64,000 nt of DNA from Balanoglossus misakiensis (lineage: Eukaryota; Animalia; Hemichordata), in NCBI GenBank assembly GCA_040954595.2, contig CM082578.2:463740-527739 (forward strand), in the 5' to 3' direction. Below, one piece after another: positions 1 to 12,600 of this stretch. Every line of letters begins with the position of its first letter. Position 1 is the first letter of the stretch. The notes under the pieces are model-generated. The model had not been told where the DNA came from, searched no databases, and saw only the letters and a list, made by a program, of their open reading frames with translations. The position numbers and the translations under genes were made by a program.

Positions 1-2094
1 TTTTGCAGACTTTAGTAGACAACAAAGTCAGACTATCAAGGAGATTGTTTGCCCAGATGGACAATTGTTACCGGGAGAACAAGAATAGATACATGCTGTC
101 TCTTGGACATCTTCTGGTTGAGTTGAACATATTTGACCAGGTAATAATTTATTTACTTCATGTACAGTTGCATGCAAATTGTACCATTACTATATTGTTG
201 GTCAATTACATTGCATATCGTTTGTCCCCATTGTTTAATTTCTGTCCATTTGGGTATGAGGAATTGCCACAGGTTGTTCACTGAGGTCAGTCATCAGGTG
301 ATTCTGCATGATTCAGTATAGTTATTTAGACAAACAGGTCACAATGTGTAACATGAATAGAGTAAACTTATTTTCAAAAGTTAGAGCTGCTATCCTTTTA
401 AACTTGATGTAAACTGGACTCGGGGTTTGTTCATGACAGATCAAATCCTTTCAAATGAACAAAAGGGTACTCTCACACCCCTGTTACAGTCAAAGGCTCT
501 GGCAGTTGTCACTTCTTTGATTTTTAACTTTATGTTAGAAGGTCCATCAGACCAGACAAAAAAATCTCTGTGGTTTAACCTTGCATAAATATTAGTCCCA
601 GACCTTAGACCAATGAATTTGCTCACCCCTGTGAACAGCTGATGTGTGTAGGAGCCCTTTTCTTACAATTGCAAAATGTTAATCATTCTTATCAGTGTAT
701 AAATTTTAATGATAGAATTTAGTTTAATATCTCATGCAGTTCGTCAAGTATATGCTGATCATGTTTTTTGAAATCAGTAGAAATGTACGTTTCTTTCAAG
801 TCAGATATTGTCACTTCATGATTTTGAACATGACATTGTTTATGCTACACTATGCATTGAATGTATATATATATTTGACATGTGTCGACCCTGCGCATAA
901 CTGTCAATCTTATGCTCCATCGATGTTGAAGTGTATTGAATACATAGTTTTGATAGATACGTAAACATACCCCTTAAAACTGATTGAATGAGTTCTTTTG
1001 TGTTCTCTTGCAGGTTGACTTCCACTTCCTACCAGTTGGACACACACATGAAGATATTGATCAACTGTTCTCATGCATTAGTAAACTACTCCGGAAGACA
1101 AATGTGTATACTATGGCAGGTGAGACAGTTGTCATCAACTTTCGATTAAGATTGTATGATTATCACTTTTTGACTGATAAAATCAGCTACTTTATAGTTC
1201 ATATTCTAAATCTGCAAAAATATGCAATTAAGTAAACAAAAACGTGTAAAAATGGTCAAAAATAAAATCTCACTACTAGGCAAATTGGTGAACAGGTACC
1301 TAAGGTTGAGACTTCATATACTTTTCTTAATTTTGTATCTTGGCAATTTTCTTCACATATGGTAAAGAATCCACTCTGAATTGGCTGCCAAATTGCTTTG
1401 AAATTTGGATGACAGACATATTTGTCTATAATTGGTTAAAAAACTACAATCACAAAACAGGAAGTGTTGTGTTCTGAATATAACTCTGGTGTTCTCAGCA
1501 CAGAATGACAGACAAGTAATCATTTTAGTGTCATTAGAACTCTCATTCTAAGCGTGTAGAATCTGAGATACAGTAGGGCCAATATCTACACAATCATCAT
1601 TCAGGTCAGTGTTCAAAAGTAAAATAAAAGGTTAGATCTAGAGAATAGGAGATATGTAATAATGATATAGAGAATAGGAGATATGTTATAATGATATCAC
1701 GGGCTGTTTGGTGATATGAAGGAACTGGCTTATAGTTTGGATGCCTTCAAAGCATGGAAGACCACAGGAGAAAAAAATCCAATTAAAGTCATTCTGATAT
1801 GCCTGATGCACTTGTGTAAAGCATGTTATTGGAACTGCACAATTTTACTGTTGTCCTCAAGGTAATATAATGGTACAGCCTGATCTGAAACCAGGAATAT
1901 TATTACCTATTAAACACCCCTGTGATTTTTTTTGTCTGCAGATATGGAGCGGATTATCACTGGCTGTTATAATGTACCTGTCTTCGTGAAACATGTAATA
2001 ATAAATAATAATAATAATTTATTTGTATAGCGTCAGTATCCACAAAAAAATGTGATCAATGACGCTTAAAGCAAAAGTACAATACAACAAATGG

Positions 2095-3738
2095 CTAAAA
2101 AACAGATTTAAAAAGTAAAGTTTTAACATTTGATTTAAAAACAGATAAGTCTGGTGCCTGGCGAATGGTGAGTGGAAGATTATTCCAAAGAATTGGAGCA
2201 GCAACAGTAAAAGCACGATCACCATAACTCTTGGTGCGTGATCGAACAGGGCAGAGTTTGAACTGATCAGCTGACCTTAAATTGCGACATGGAACATATA
2301 GATTAGTCATGCTAGAAAGATAGATTGGACCAAGTTTATGAATGGATTTAAAAATGAGAACTAACATCTTAAAAACAATACGCTCTGTAACAGGTAGCCA
2401 GTGCAACTGATACAAAATTGGAGTGATGTGACAGGTGATTTTAGAACGAGTTACAATTCTAGCAGCAATATTCTGAACGCGTTGGATACGGTTGATTGAA
2501 TACTTCGGGAGCCCAAATAAAAGTGAATTACATGAATCAATTCGAGACGTAGTGAATGCATGAACTAATTGCTCTGTAGCTGAATGAGATAAATATTTGC
2601 GGATAAGCGCAATGCGACGTAAATGAAAAGTGGCAGAGCGGCAGATCAGTCTAATATGTGGCTTCATTGTCAGACAAGAGTCAAGGATCACTCCAAGGCT
2701 CTTAGCCTGACAATGGACGGGAATCAGAGAATCGCCAACACGAATTTCTGAAATCCCTCTAGCAGACAGATCACCCAAAATACCAGAGAAAATAACAAAT
2801 TCAGTCTTATCATCGTTTAAGCACAAGAAGTTTTCAGACATCCAAAACCTAACATCAGAAATACAAAGTTCAAGATTTGAAACAGTTCTTGCTGCGTTGT
2901 CTTTACTAAAAGACATATAAAGTGAAGAGTCATCTGCATAAAAACTATAAAGACAACCATGACTTTGAACTAATTCACCTAATGGAGACGTGTACATATT
3001 GAAAAGTATGGGACCAAGAACTGATCCCTGTGGTACCCCAGTGTCGAGCGGATAAAAAGGTGATTGGGTGGAATTTACAAGTACACACTGACTACGATTG
3101 GAAAGGTATGACTTAAACCACATGAGAACAGTATCTGAGAGACCGAAGCGGTCTCTTAAGCGATTGAGTAAAATGGTATGGTTCACAGTGTCAAATGCTG
3201 CGGAAAGATCGAGTAATACCAAGAAAACATCTCTTTTTTCATCAAGAGCAAGCAAAATGTCATTTGTTACTTTGAGGAGAGCAGTCTCAGTACTGTGTCC
3301 TGGCTTGTAAGCAGATTGCAAAGGCTCGTCCAATGAATGGTTGACAATGTGAGAAGTCAGTCTCTTGGCAAAAATACGTTCCAGGATCTTCGACAAAAAC
3401 GGCAGGTTGGATACAGGACGGAAATTTTTGAGAACTTCATGATCAAGAGATGGCTTTTTAAGTAGAGGTTTAACGATGGCTTCCTTGAAATGAGGAGGTA
3501 CAGCACCATACTGCAGAGAGTTATTGAAGATTTCTGTGATATGTGGTAACAAAACTTGTAAAATGTCAGAATGTTTGAAGATCTTGGTAGGAATCGGATC
3601 AAGGCGACAAGTAGATGAAGGCGATGCACGAATAACCTTGTCAATTTCATCAGCTGTTGTAGGCTCAAAGGCATTAAGGCGACAATCGGATTTCAATTCA
3701 GTTTGTGGTTGTGAATGATGTCGAATGGAATTGCCCAT
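2095..3738 (-). CDS. LINE reverse transcriptase domain (partial ORF2)
   Basis: Motifs NFRPVSNLPFLSKILE, QSAYKPGHSTETAL, LLDLSAAFDTVNH, GVPQGSVLGPILF, FYADD, LHWLPV. Confidence 0.92.
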   Translation of the reverse strand: MGNSIRHHSQPQTELKSDCRLNAFEPTTADEIDKVIRASPSSTCRLDPIPTKIFKHSDILQVLLPHITEIFNNSLQYGAVPPHFKEAIVKPLLKKPSLDHEVLKNFRPVSNLPFLSKILERIFAKRLTSHIVNHSLDEPLQSAYKPGHSTETALLKVTNDILLALDEKRDVFLVLLDLSAAFDTVNHTILLNRLRDRFGLSDTVLMWFKSYLSNRSQCVLVNSTQSPFYPLDTGVPQGSVLGPILFNMYTSPLGELVQSHGCLYSFYADDSSLYMSFSKDNAARTVSNLELCISDVRFWMSENFLCLNDDKTEFVIFSGILGDLSARGISEIRVGDSLIPVHCQAKSLGVILDSCLTMKPHIRLICRSATFHLRRIALIRKYLSHSATEQLVHAFTTSRIDSCNSLLFGLPKYSINRIQRVQNIAARIVTRSKITCHITPILYQLHWLPVTERIVFKMLVLIFKSIHKLGPIYLSSMTNLYVPCRNLRSADQFKLCPVRSRTKSYGDRAFTVAAPILWNNLPLTIRQAPDLSVFKSNVKTLLFKSVF

Positions 3739-3857
3739 ATTTATAGTTAGTGATTTTACGCGATTAATGAAGAATTTTGCAAAACGATTTGCTAATTCCA
3801 GAGAATCATCATGTTTTGGTAGTACAGTGGATGTGTTATTGTGACCAAGCAGTCCCT

Positions 3858-4394
3858 TTACGACCTTGAATAATTGTTTTTGGTTACCTGAGCACTCGTC
3901 AACAAGGCCGACATGTCATGATATTTCCGGGCATTTGGGCAGTTCAGATTGTCAATATGAAAATTGAAGTCGCCAGTGATGACAAGAGGGGCGTTGTTGG
4001 TGAGATGAGAAGACAAGAAGTCAGTGAAGTCATTAACGAAGTCATCAACAGTGAAACCATTTGTTTTATTCGGAGGAGGACGGTAAACCGTGGCTAGTGT
4101 GATATGCGACGATGGAGTTTTTATACGTACCTCCATTAATTCAAACGACTTGATTGAGGTAGAAGGTGGACATTGTGACACTGACAGTGAAGATTTAAAA
4201 ATCGTAGCGATGCCTCCCCCACGACCTTTACGCGGAACACTGATGATGCTATAGCCTGGTGGCAGATTTTCATTGATGAGGGATGAATCACTGTCATCGT
4301 CACGAAGCCACGTTTCAGCAAGCATTAAAACATCCAAATGACAGTCTTGCAGGAATTCGTTGATAGCTGTGGATTTATTGCACAATGATCGACA
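3858..4394 (-). pseudogene. Apurinic-like endonuclease fragment of the L2 element
   Basis: CRSL, LAETWL, RGGGIA, VYRPP, TGDFNFH. The APE C-terminus and linker are missing (jump at ~3930), followed by a stop. Confidence 0.85.
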
Positions 4395-7300
4395 GTAACT
4401 CATGTGTTTGATATTAAAAAGTGGTTGGTCCCACACATGAGCAAATATTTCAGAGGACAGTCGAAACCATTGTGTTTTCAGTTCAAGAAAGTAGATGGGC
4501 AGACCAGAATGCGTTATCGGCACTACTCTACATCTGTCTGGAGGCCAACAGTCCAGTATCAGCAGGGAACCACCACACCAATTGATGAAAGTTTGGGGCT
4601 AAAGTGCTTACAGGTATTTATATTATATGATTTATATGCATCAATATAGAAGTTTGCAGTGCCCTGAAGACGTAACATGAAAAGGGGGACCATGCAATAT
4701 TAGTACTGAGCTGATTTGACATTTTTAAACTTATTTTAATGAGATCGACTTCTGTCATATCATGAGAGCAATTGGGCAATTTTGAATCAAAATATTTCCA
4801 CCAGTTACAATTTACAAAAATCCTTTTGCCTGAACTGAAAATATTTTAAAATTGTAGTACTGATCAATGTACATGCTGTTTATCTCATAGAGTGTGCCAG
4901 ATATCAATGACGTTCCAGATTTTGTACAGCCATGCATAGAAAAAATGGACCCTGTGAAGCTAAAGAAGGATATCCCAGACAGTTATGAATGGAGAATACC
5001 CAGGGATGCTGACAGAGAGTGCCTGAGGGACTTTGTGGAAAATGTTGAAATATATGAATAGGTGTGTTATACTTCAGACATAAAAGGCATACTGGATATG
5101 ACAGTTATTTTCAGAACACATATTGCAGAGAAAGAACATGCAATATAACATTCCTTTTGAAAAGCATAATTCCTTTGAGTGGTGAATTAACTATAAACTC
5201 ACAATTTTTCTTAGTCTTTGCGGACAGCGTCAGGGGGACTGGGCTCTGTCCAGTCCTGGGGGAGGGGGGTATGGTCAATCTGCCCATCTATCTGTCAGTT
5301 CATGTGTCCGCCGCAAAGAACATGATAAATTTGAAGACATGGCTTGTTGCAGATAAGCGTTTTCCTAACTGCTCGAGTTTTTCTTTCGTGGATAATTATA
5401 TATTATGCACTCTGATTCACTTGTAGGTTCCACCAAACAGACCAACAACATGGTTTTTCCATGATCTGATTGAAGCAGCAGACCAAAGAAGGCAAATGGA
5501 AACAGAACAGACACTACCAAGCCACCTTGAAGTGATCAGGACAAGAATTGAAAGAGAGTGTGATGATGTAAGTAGCATTTTAATTGTAACTATCACTGGT
5601 TCAAGACAGAATTACACTAATGATAAATAGTGTTCTGAAAATGTACATGTGGATATATAGTGAATCAACATTCAACCACACACAACTTCCATCCCACTTG
5701 CAGAAACACACAAGTGAAAAATTCAAAAATTCAACTTGCGAAAATAAAATGTTTTACTTATGTTTTAATTAAGAGAGAGACTTTGTCCCTTTAATGTGGG
5801 CAGCACGTACTTAGTATATTGGCAAAGTAAAATTATTCCTGTCGACGGCAAAGGAGTAGATGTCTGTACATGCCAAAATTAGGTTCAGCTAGACTGAACT
5901 TGCCCTGGGTTTGGAGTTTGCCTGAAAAAAATTCAATTCTCTTTTAGACTATCAGCCATTTCAACTAGAAAAGCTAAATTAAAGGGTAACTTCACCTTTA
6001 AAGGGGACTATTTTTCATGACAGGCTTGATCATGATTTTTTTCTTTATTGTTAATAGCAAAGTCATTTTGGAAAGAAAAATTATGAAAAGTGAAAACTCA
6101 ATGTGATAAATAAAGTGTTAAATCTTATCAATCTTATAAAAAAGACCTCTAAAAGTATTTTATTCTTTTTTTTTCTTTTTAATAGGTCATTATTGGAAGG
6201 ACACCACGACCAATTAGTAGGGCAACAAATGACCAAGGAGATTGTAACAATAGGAATGGATTGGATACCAATGCAGTCTTGAATGTTGACAACTTTGAAA
6301 CGTTACAGGAAGATATGTTTGTGGCTGTGTACATTCCCAGTTTAAAACAAATCCCTCAACTTGGAAAAGTTGTCGCTGTAAACTCAGAAGAGGAAACATT
6401 TCAGCTGCATTGGTATTCAGGTTCTTGGTCTGCTTTGTGGAAACCAGCCTTTTGTGGAGCGGGCCGAAACAGAAAGCCAAATGTTGAAACTGTGTGGATA
6501 CAATCTGCCATTTTTTGGGATTTTCAGTTAACACAAGGTAGTGTACTACCCAAAGCCACACAAACAACATTGAAGGAACGCTACCATGAAGCACAGCAAG
6601 AGATGGTAGAAAGTGACTGAAAACAACAGACAACAGACTCCACTCACTGGTCTTGAAACAGATTTCAATGCCTATTATTGTGGGGGAGGGGGTATCAAAG
6701 TGTAATTTGGTATATATGTCGCCAGGCGATTGGTATCTCAATACGTTTTTTTCACCAACCATTAGATGCATGATTTTGCTGAAAATCAAACCGTAGGACT
6801 TTATAAACTTTATCTTCAGAACATTAAAGACAGGTCTACCCAAATGCATCTTATATATTTAGCGTACAGTGAAGCCACTGTGAACTCTGGCATAGACAAC
6901 CAAGTTCCATATGTCATTTTAATATCAAACACTAATTTCAAGCTGTACGAAATTTATATTGTATTATGTGAAATATTTAATCTTTTGTTGAGCTAAAATT
7001 CACACTTGGCTCAGTTATGCCAAACATGTGATAAATTTCATACCAGTACTGACCAAAGTTGTCGTGTGAAAGTCCAACAGTCCTACAAATTGTTCAAGTA
7101 CACGTATATATAATAATGAATCCCATGGCATGTACATATTTTATAAGTGATTGTACAAATTCTGAACAAAGGGGACACATCTCATTTACAGTGTTTTTAC
7201 AGATGCTAAAGTAGTCAAGAGGTTTGCAATTAAAGACATTTGAGACTCATACAAAAGTAAAGCTTGTAAGATATGACTGACATTTTTAATATTTTAATGA

Positions 7301-7426
7301 TTGTATTTCTTTATATATATATATATATATTACTGGTCATTTACCTTTCTAGCAGTGTTTTATAAATAAATAAGTGTGTGATACAATTTTAAAACATGTA
7401 TTATGTTTGTTATTTTGTCAGAAAAT

Positions 7427-9362
7427 TATCCAGTAGCATTGAAGGCCACTTCCATCGTGACCCTCTATCCAGTAGCATTGAGGGCCACTTCCATCGTGAC
7501 CCTCTATCCAGTAGCATTGAGGGCCACTTCCATTGTGACCCTCTATCTCTATCCAGTAGCATTGAAGGCCACTTCCATCGTGACCCTCTATCCAGTAGCA
7601 TTGAGGGCCACTTCCATCGTGACCCTCTATCCAGTAGCATTTGGGGCCACTTCCATCGTGACCCTCTATCCAGTAGCATTGAAGGCCACTTCCATCGTGA
7701 CCCTCTATCCAGTAGCATTGAGGGCCACTTCCATCGTGACCCTCTATCCAGTAGCATTGAAGGCCACTTCCATCGTGACCCTCTATCCAGTAGCATTGAG
7801 GGCCACTTCCATCGTGACCCTCTATCCAGTAGCATTGAGGGCCACTTCCATCGTGACCCTCTATCCAGTAGCATTGAGGGCCACTTCCATCGTGACCCTC
7901 TATCCAGTAGCATTGAGGGCCACTTCCATTGTGACCCTCTATCTCTATCCAGTAGCATTGAAGGCCACTTCCATCGTGACCCTCTATCCAGTAGCATTGA
8001 GGGCCACTTCCATCGTGACCCTCTATCCAGTAGCATTGAGGGCCACTTCCATTGTGACCCTCTATCTCTATCCAGTAGCATTGAAGGCCACTTCCATCGT
8101 GACCCTCTATCCAGTAGCATTGAGGGCCACTTCCATCGTGACCCTCTATCCAGTAGCATTGAGGGCCACTTCCATCGTGACCCTCTATCTCTATACAGTA
8201 GCTTTGAAGGCCACTTCCATCGTGACCCTCTATCCAGTAGCATTGAGGGCCACTTCCATCGTGACCCTCTATCTCTATCCAGTAGCATTGAAGGCCACTT
8301 CCATCGTGACCCTCTATCCAGTAGCATTGAGGGCCACTTCCATCGTGACCCTCTATCCAGTAGCATTGAAGGCCACTTCCATCGTGACCCTCTATCCAGT
8401 AGCATTGAGGGCCACTTCCATCGTGACCCTCTATCCAGTAGCATTGAGGGCCACTTCCATTGTGACCCTCTATCTCTATCCAGTAGCATTGAAGGCCACT
8501 TCCATCGTGACCCTCTATCCAGTAGCATTGAGGGCCACTTCCATCGTGACCCTCTATCCAGTAGCATTGAAGGCCACTTCCATCGTGACCCTCTATCCAG
8601 TAGCATTGAGGGCCACTTCCATTGTGACCCTCTATCTCTATCCAGTAGCATTGAAGGCCACTTCCATCGTGACCCTCTATCCAGTAGCATTGAGGGCCAC
8701 TTCCATCGTGACCCTCTATCCAGTAGCATTGAGGGCCACTTCCATCGTGACCCTCTATCTCTATCCAGTAGCATTGAAGGCCACTTCCATCGTGACCCTC
8801 TATCCAGTAGCATTGAGGGCCACTTCCATCGTGACCCTCTATCCAGTAGCATTGAGGGCCACTTCCATCGTGACCCTCTATCCAGTAGCATTGAGGGCCA
8901 CTTCCATTGTGACCCTCTATCTCTATCCAGTAGCATTGAAGGCCACTTCCATCGTGACCCTCTATCCAGTAGCATTGAGGGCCACTTCCATCGTGACCCT
9001 CTATCCAGTAGCGTTGAGGGCCACTTCCAATGTGACCCTCTATCTCTATCCAGTAGCATTGAAGGCCACTTCCATCGTGACCCTCTATCCAGTAGCATTG
9101 AGGGCCACTTCCATCGTGACCCTCTATCCAGTAGCATTGAGGGCCACTTCCATCGTGACCCTCTATCCAGTAGCATTGAAGGCCACTTCCATCGTGACCC
9201 TCTATCCAGTAGCATTGAAGGCCACTTCCATCGTGACCCTCTATCCAGTAGCATTGAAGGCCACTTCCATCGTGACCCTCTATCCAGTAGCATTGAAGGC
9301 CACTTCCATAGTGACCCTCTATCCAGTAGCATTGAAGGCCACTTCCATCGTGACCCTCTATC
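7427..9362. repeat. 39-bp minisatellite, ~48 copies, about 10 of them 45-bp variants
   Basis: Unit TATCCAGTAGCATTGA(G/A)GGCCACTTCCATCGTGACCCTC; variant units carry an extra TATCTC. Confidence 0.97.
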
Positions 9363-9650
9363 AAGCTATTATGTTGCATATTTCTGTGTGTATTTTTAAA
9401 ATACACAATTTTTTGCATAATTGGACAAATGTGAGCAAAAAAGCATGAACTGTCTTTTTGTAAATGTAACTGCTGTTAATTTCTTCATTTTATCATATTC
9501 TGTAATGTCTGTTTGTTATAAATGTTGCAATTCACAAAATTTTCATTCAAAAAACAAGAGCTACCAACAAAGTACTGCAGCTTCAGTCAAATACAAAGAT
9601 TTTATGTGCATTTTGCCTATATCCAATTATCCCAAAATATTTCCAATCGT

Positions 9651-12600
9651 GTTAACGTTGATCAAGTCAGATTTCCTACGGCATGGCTTGGCTAAAGCCC
9701 TGGCACTCTAGAGCAGAAACACGCGTACAGAGACCACGTTGATCTACTCACATTCCCTTCGGCCTGGCACGGCTGATGCCCCGGCACTATATATAGGACA
9801 CAGACTGGCGTAAGTTAACAACGGTAATCACGTCGGGTTTCCTACGGCCTGGCTCAGCTGAAGCCCCGGCACTTTAGAGCGGAAACACGCGTACATTGAC
9901 CACGATGATCAAGTCAGATCTCCTACGGCCTGGCTCGACTAAAACCCCGGCACACCATGACAGACACTAGCGTTCGTTAGCAACGGTGATCAAGTCGGAT
10001 TTCCTTCGGCCTGGCTCTGCAAAAGACCCGACACTCTAGTACAAAGACGTTGGCTAAGTCGGGCAAACCGAAGAGGGAAAGTCACAGCGGGTCAACACTC
10101 GACATTTGTTCGGGTAGGACTGCATTATTGCCTGTCAATTTATAGAGAGAGCCCGAATTCAACCAGGGCGTTTCAAACACCGACGTTAGTTGGGGGCACG
10201 GCCTGCAGTACTGCCGGGTAAGCTGACATCGGCGTACCGCATATAATGTAGGGGGGGGACAGAACGGTTCAATACTACATTTATTAGATATCAGCTAATT
10301 TTGGACAATCATCTAAAATCTAAATCATTTTTACATATTTGGATATCTGATGATGTATGAAATTTCCATTATATGTTAAAATGGTGCTGATTATAAAAAA
10401 TGCACTCTGAATGAGCTGATTTAATACAAAATTGCGTTTTATTCGTTTTTGCACCAAAAAGGTCATTTTTAGGTAAAACATTCTTTATTTTATTAATTCG
10501 GTGACCTGATCATATATAAACAATTGCTTGTATGTTAACATTTTTTATGACTTTTAAAAGCAGTGACACTGGTGGCATTCAACACGAAAATAACAATTTT
10601 AGCCACAATTTGGTCAAAATGGTAATTTTTTGAAAATTACAAAAAATACCTGTTTTCTACATTTTCGGAAATCTGATGGAGTATAGAATGCTCTTCGTAT
10701 GTATATATCGATACAAATTCCACAAAAGACCGCCTAATTTGGCTCACTGCAGACAAAATTGCGTTTTACCAAATTTTCCTTGAAAATGTCATTTTTAGAA
10801 AAAAAAAAAAACCTTTGTTCTTCGAATTTGGTGCCCTGATCATATATGACATGTTGATTGTATGTTAAGACTTTCGACCACTCCAAAAATGCAGAGATAT
10901 TGACGGAATTCAAGAAAAAATAGCCATTTTGGCCATATTTTGACAAAAATGGTAAATTTTTAAAAACACATAAAAAATTAACTCTTTTCTTCATTTTCGG
11001 AAATATTATGGAGCATGAAGTGTCATTCTCTTGTAAAAAGTGCTGCAAATTCCAGAAAAGGCGGTACAATTTGAATCACCCAAGACAAAATTACCATTTT
11101 CGACTTTTTTCGAAAAATTGTCTTTTTTACAAAATAAATAAGAATAAATTCTTTTCTTAGTTTCAAACGGGTAGAGATACTTTCCACACGGGTTTTCTAA
11201 CATTGAATTCCCATTCATCAACTCAGATTTCCTACAGCATAAGTCCGCTAAAACCCTGACACTCTAGAGCAGAAACAGTTGCACACTGGTAACGTTGAAC
11301 AAGTCGATTTTTCTACGGCCTGGCTCGGCTAAATCTTCGTCACAATATGACAGACACTAGCGTACGTTAGCAACGGTGATCAAGTCAGATTTTCTACGGC
11401 ATGGCTTGGATAAAGCCCCGGCACTCTAGAGCAGAAACACGCGTACAGAGACCACGTTGATCAAGTCTGATCTCCTACGGCTTGGCTCGACTAAAACCCA
11501 GGCACACTATGACAGACACTAGCGTTCGTTAGCAACGTTGATCAAGTCAGATTTCCTACGGCATGGCTTGGCTAAAGCCCTGGCACTCTAGAGCAGAAAC
11601 ACGCGTACAGAGACCACGTTGATCTACTCACATTTCCTTCGGCCTAGCACGGCTGATGCCCCGGCACTATATATAGGACACAGACTGGCGTGAGTTAACA
11701 ACGGTAATCACGTCGGGTTTCCTACGGCCTGGCTCAGCTGAAGCCCCGGCACTCTAGAGCAGAAACAGGCGTACATTGACCACGTTGATCAAGTCAGATT
11801 TCCTACGGCGTGACTCGGCTGGTGCACCGGCTCTATATGACACAGACTGGCGTAAGTTATCAACGGTGATTACGTCGGATTTCCTACGGCCTGGTTTAGC
11901 TGAAGCCCCGGCACTTTAGAGCGGAAACACGCGTACATTGACCACGATGATCAAGTCAGATCTCCTACGGCCTGGCTCGACTAAAACCCCGGCACACCAT
12001 GACAGACACTAGCGTTCGTTAGCAACGGTGATCAAGTCGGATTTCCTTCGGCCTGGCTCTGCAAAAGACCCGACACTCTTGTACAAAGACGTTGGCTAAG
12101 TCGGGCAAACCGAAGAGGGAAAGTCACAGCGGGTCAACACTCGACATTTGTTCGGGTAGGACTGCATTATTTTAAAACGACGTTAGTTGGGGGCACGGCC
12201 TGCAGTACTGCCGGGTAAGCTGACATCGGCGTACCGCATATAATGAAGGGGGGGGGGGGGGAACAGAACGGTTCAATACTACATTTATTAGATATCAGCT
12301 AATTTTGGACAATCATCTAAAATCTAAATCATTTTTTCATATTTGGATATCTGATGATGTATGAAATTTCTATTATATGTAAAAATTGTGCTGATTATAA
12401 AAAATGCACTATGAATGAGCTGATTTAATACAAAATTGCGTTTTATTCATTTTTGCACCAAAAAGGTCATTTTTAGGCAAAACATTCTTTATTTTTTTAA
12501 TTCGGTGACCTGATCATATATAAACAATTGCTTGTATGTTAAAAGTTTTTATGACTTTTAAAAGCCGTGACACTGGCAGCATTCAACACGAAAATAACAA

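Larger units (their letters stand above)
1999..4394 (-). mobile_element. 5'-truncated, internally deleted L2-clade (CR1 group) LINE
   Basis: APE fragment followed by RT on the minus strand. 3' end reads ...TGACGCTATACAAATAAA(TTA)n, typical of L2. GTAA target duplication at 1995-1998 and 4395-4398. Confidence 0.88.
1..6620 (+). pseudogene. Spliced Sola-type DDD transposase-like gene, copy A (5' part off-window; disrupted)
   Basis: GT-AG exons in consistent phase: <1-140 (QMDNCYRENKNRY), 1014-1119 (FLPVGHTHEDIDQLFS), 1942-1998+4399-4613, 4891-5061, 5427-5567, 6186-6620. Colinear with the paralog at 40841-49196. Disrupted by an L2 LINE in exon 3 and an in-frame TAG at 5059-5061 (paralog has Q). 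Confidence 0.8.

Noticed and set aside
7427-9362. CRISPR-like array of palindromic repeats
   Set aside because: No unique spacers, no cas genes, and a eukaryotic context.
7396-9448. Four 640-680-aa repetitive ORFs on both strands
   Set aside because: An artefact of 39/45-bp units being multiples of 3 without stops in those frames; there is no independent coding evidence.
10340-10370. CTGATGA..GAAA motif in the AT-rich module
   Set aside because: Only 5 nt lie between the boxes, so helix II cannot form.
11735-11785. Hammerhead-like CTGAAG..GAAAC..GTA and tRNA A-box-like TGGCTCAGCTG in 81-bp subunits
   Set aside because: A9 is missing and helix I is inconsistent; there is no B-box or cloverleaf.
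11216-12090. 81-bp subrepeat as a 27-aa LRR-like or zinc-finger coding repeat
   Set aside because: The representative unit has stops in all six frames and the LRR consensus is only partly matched.
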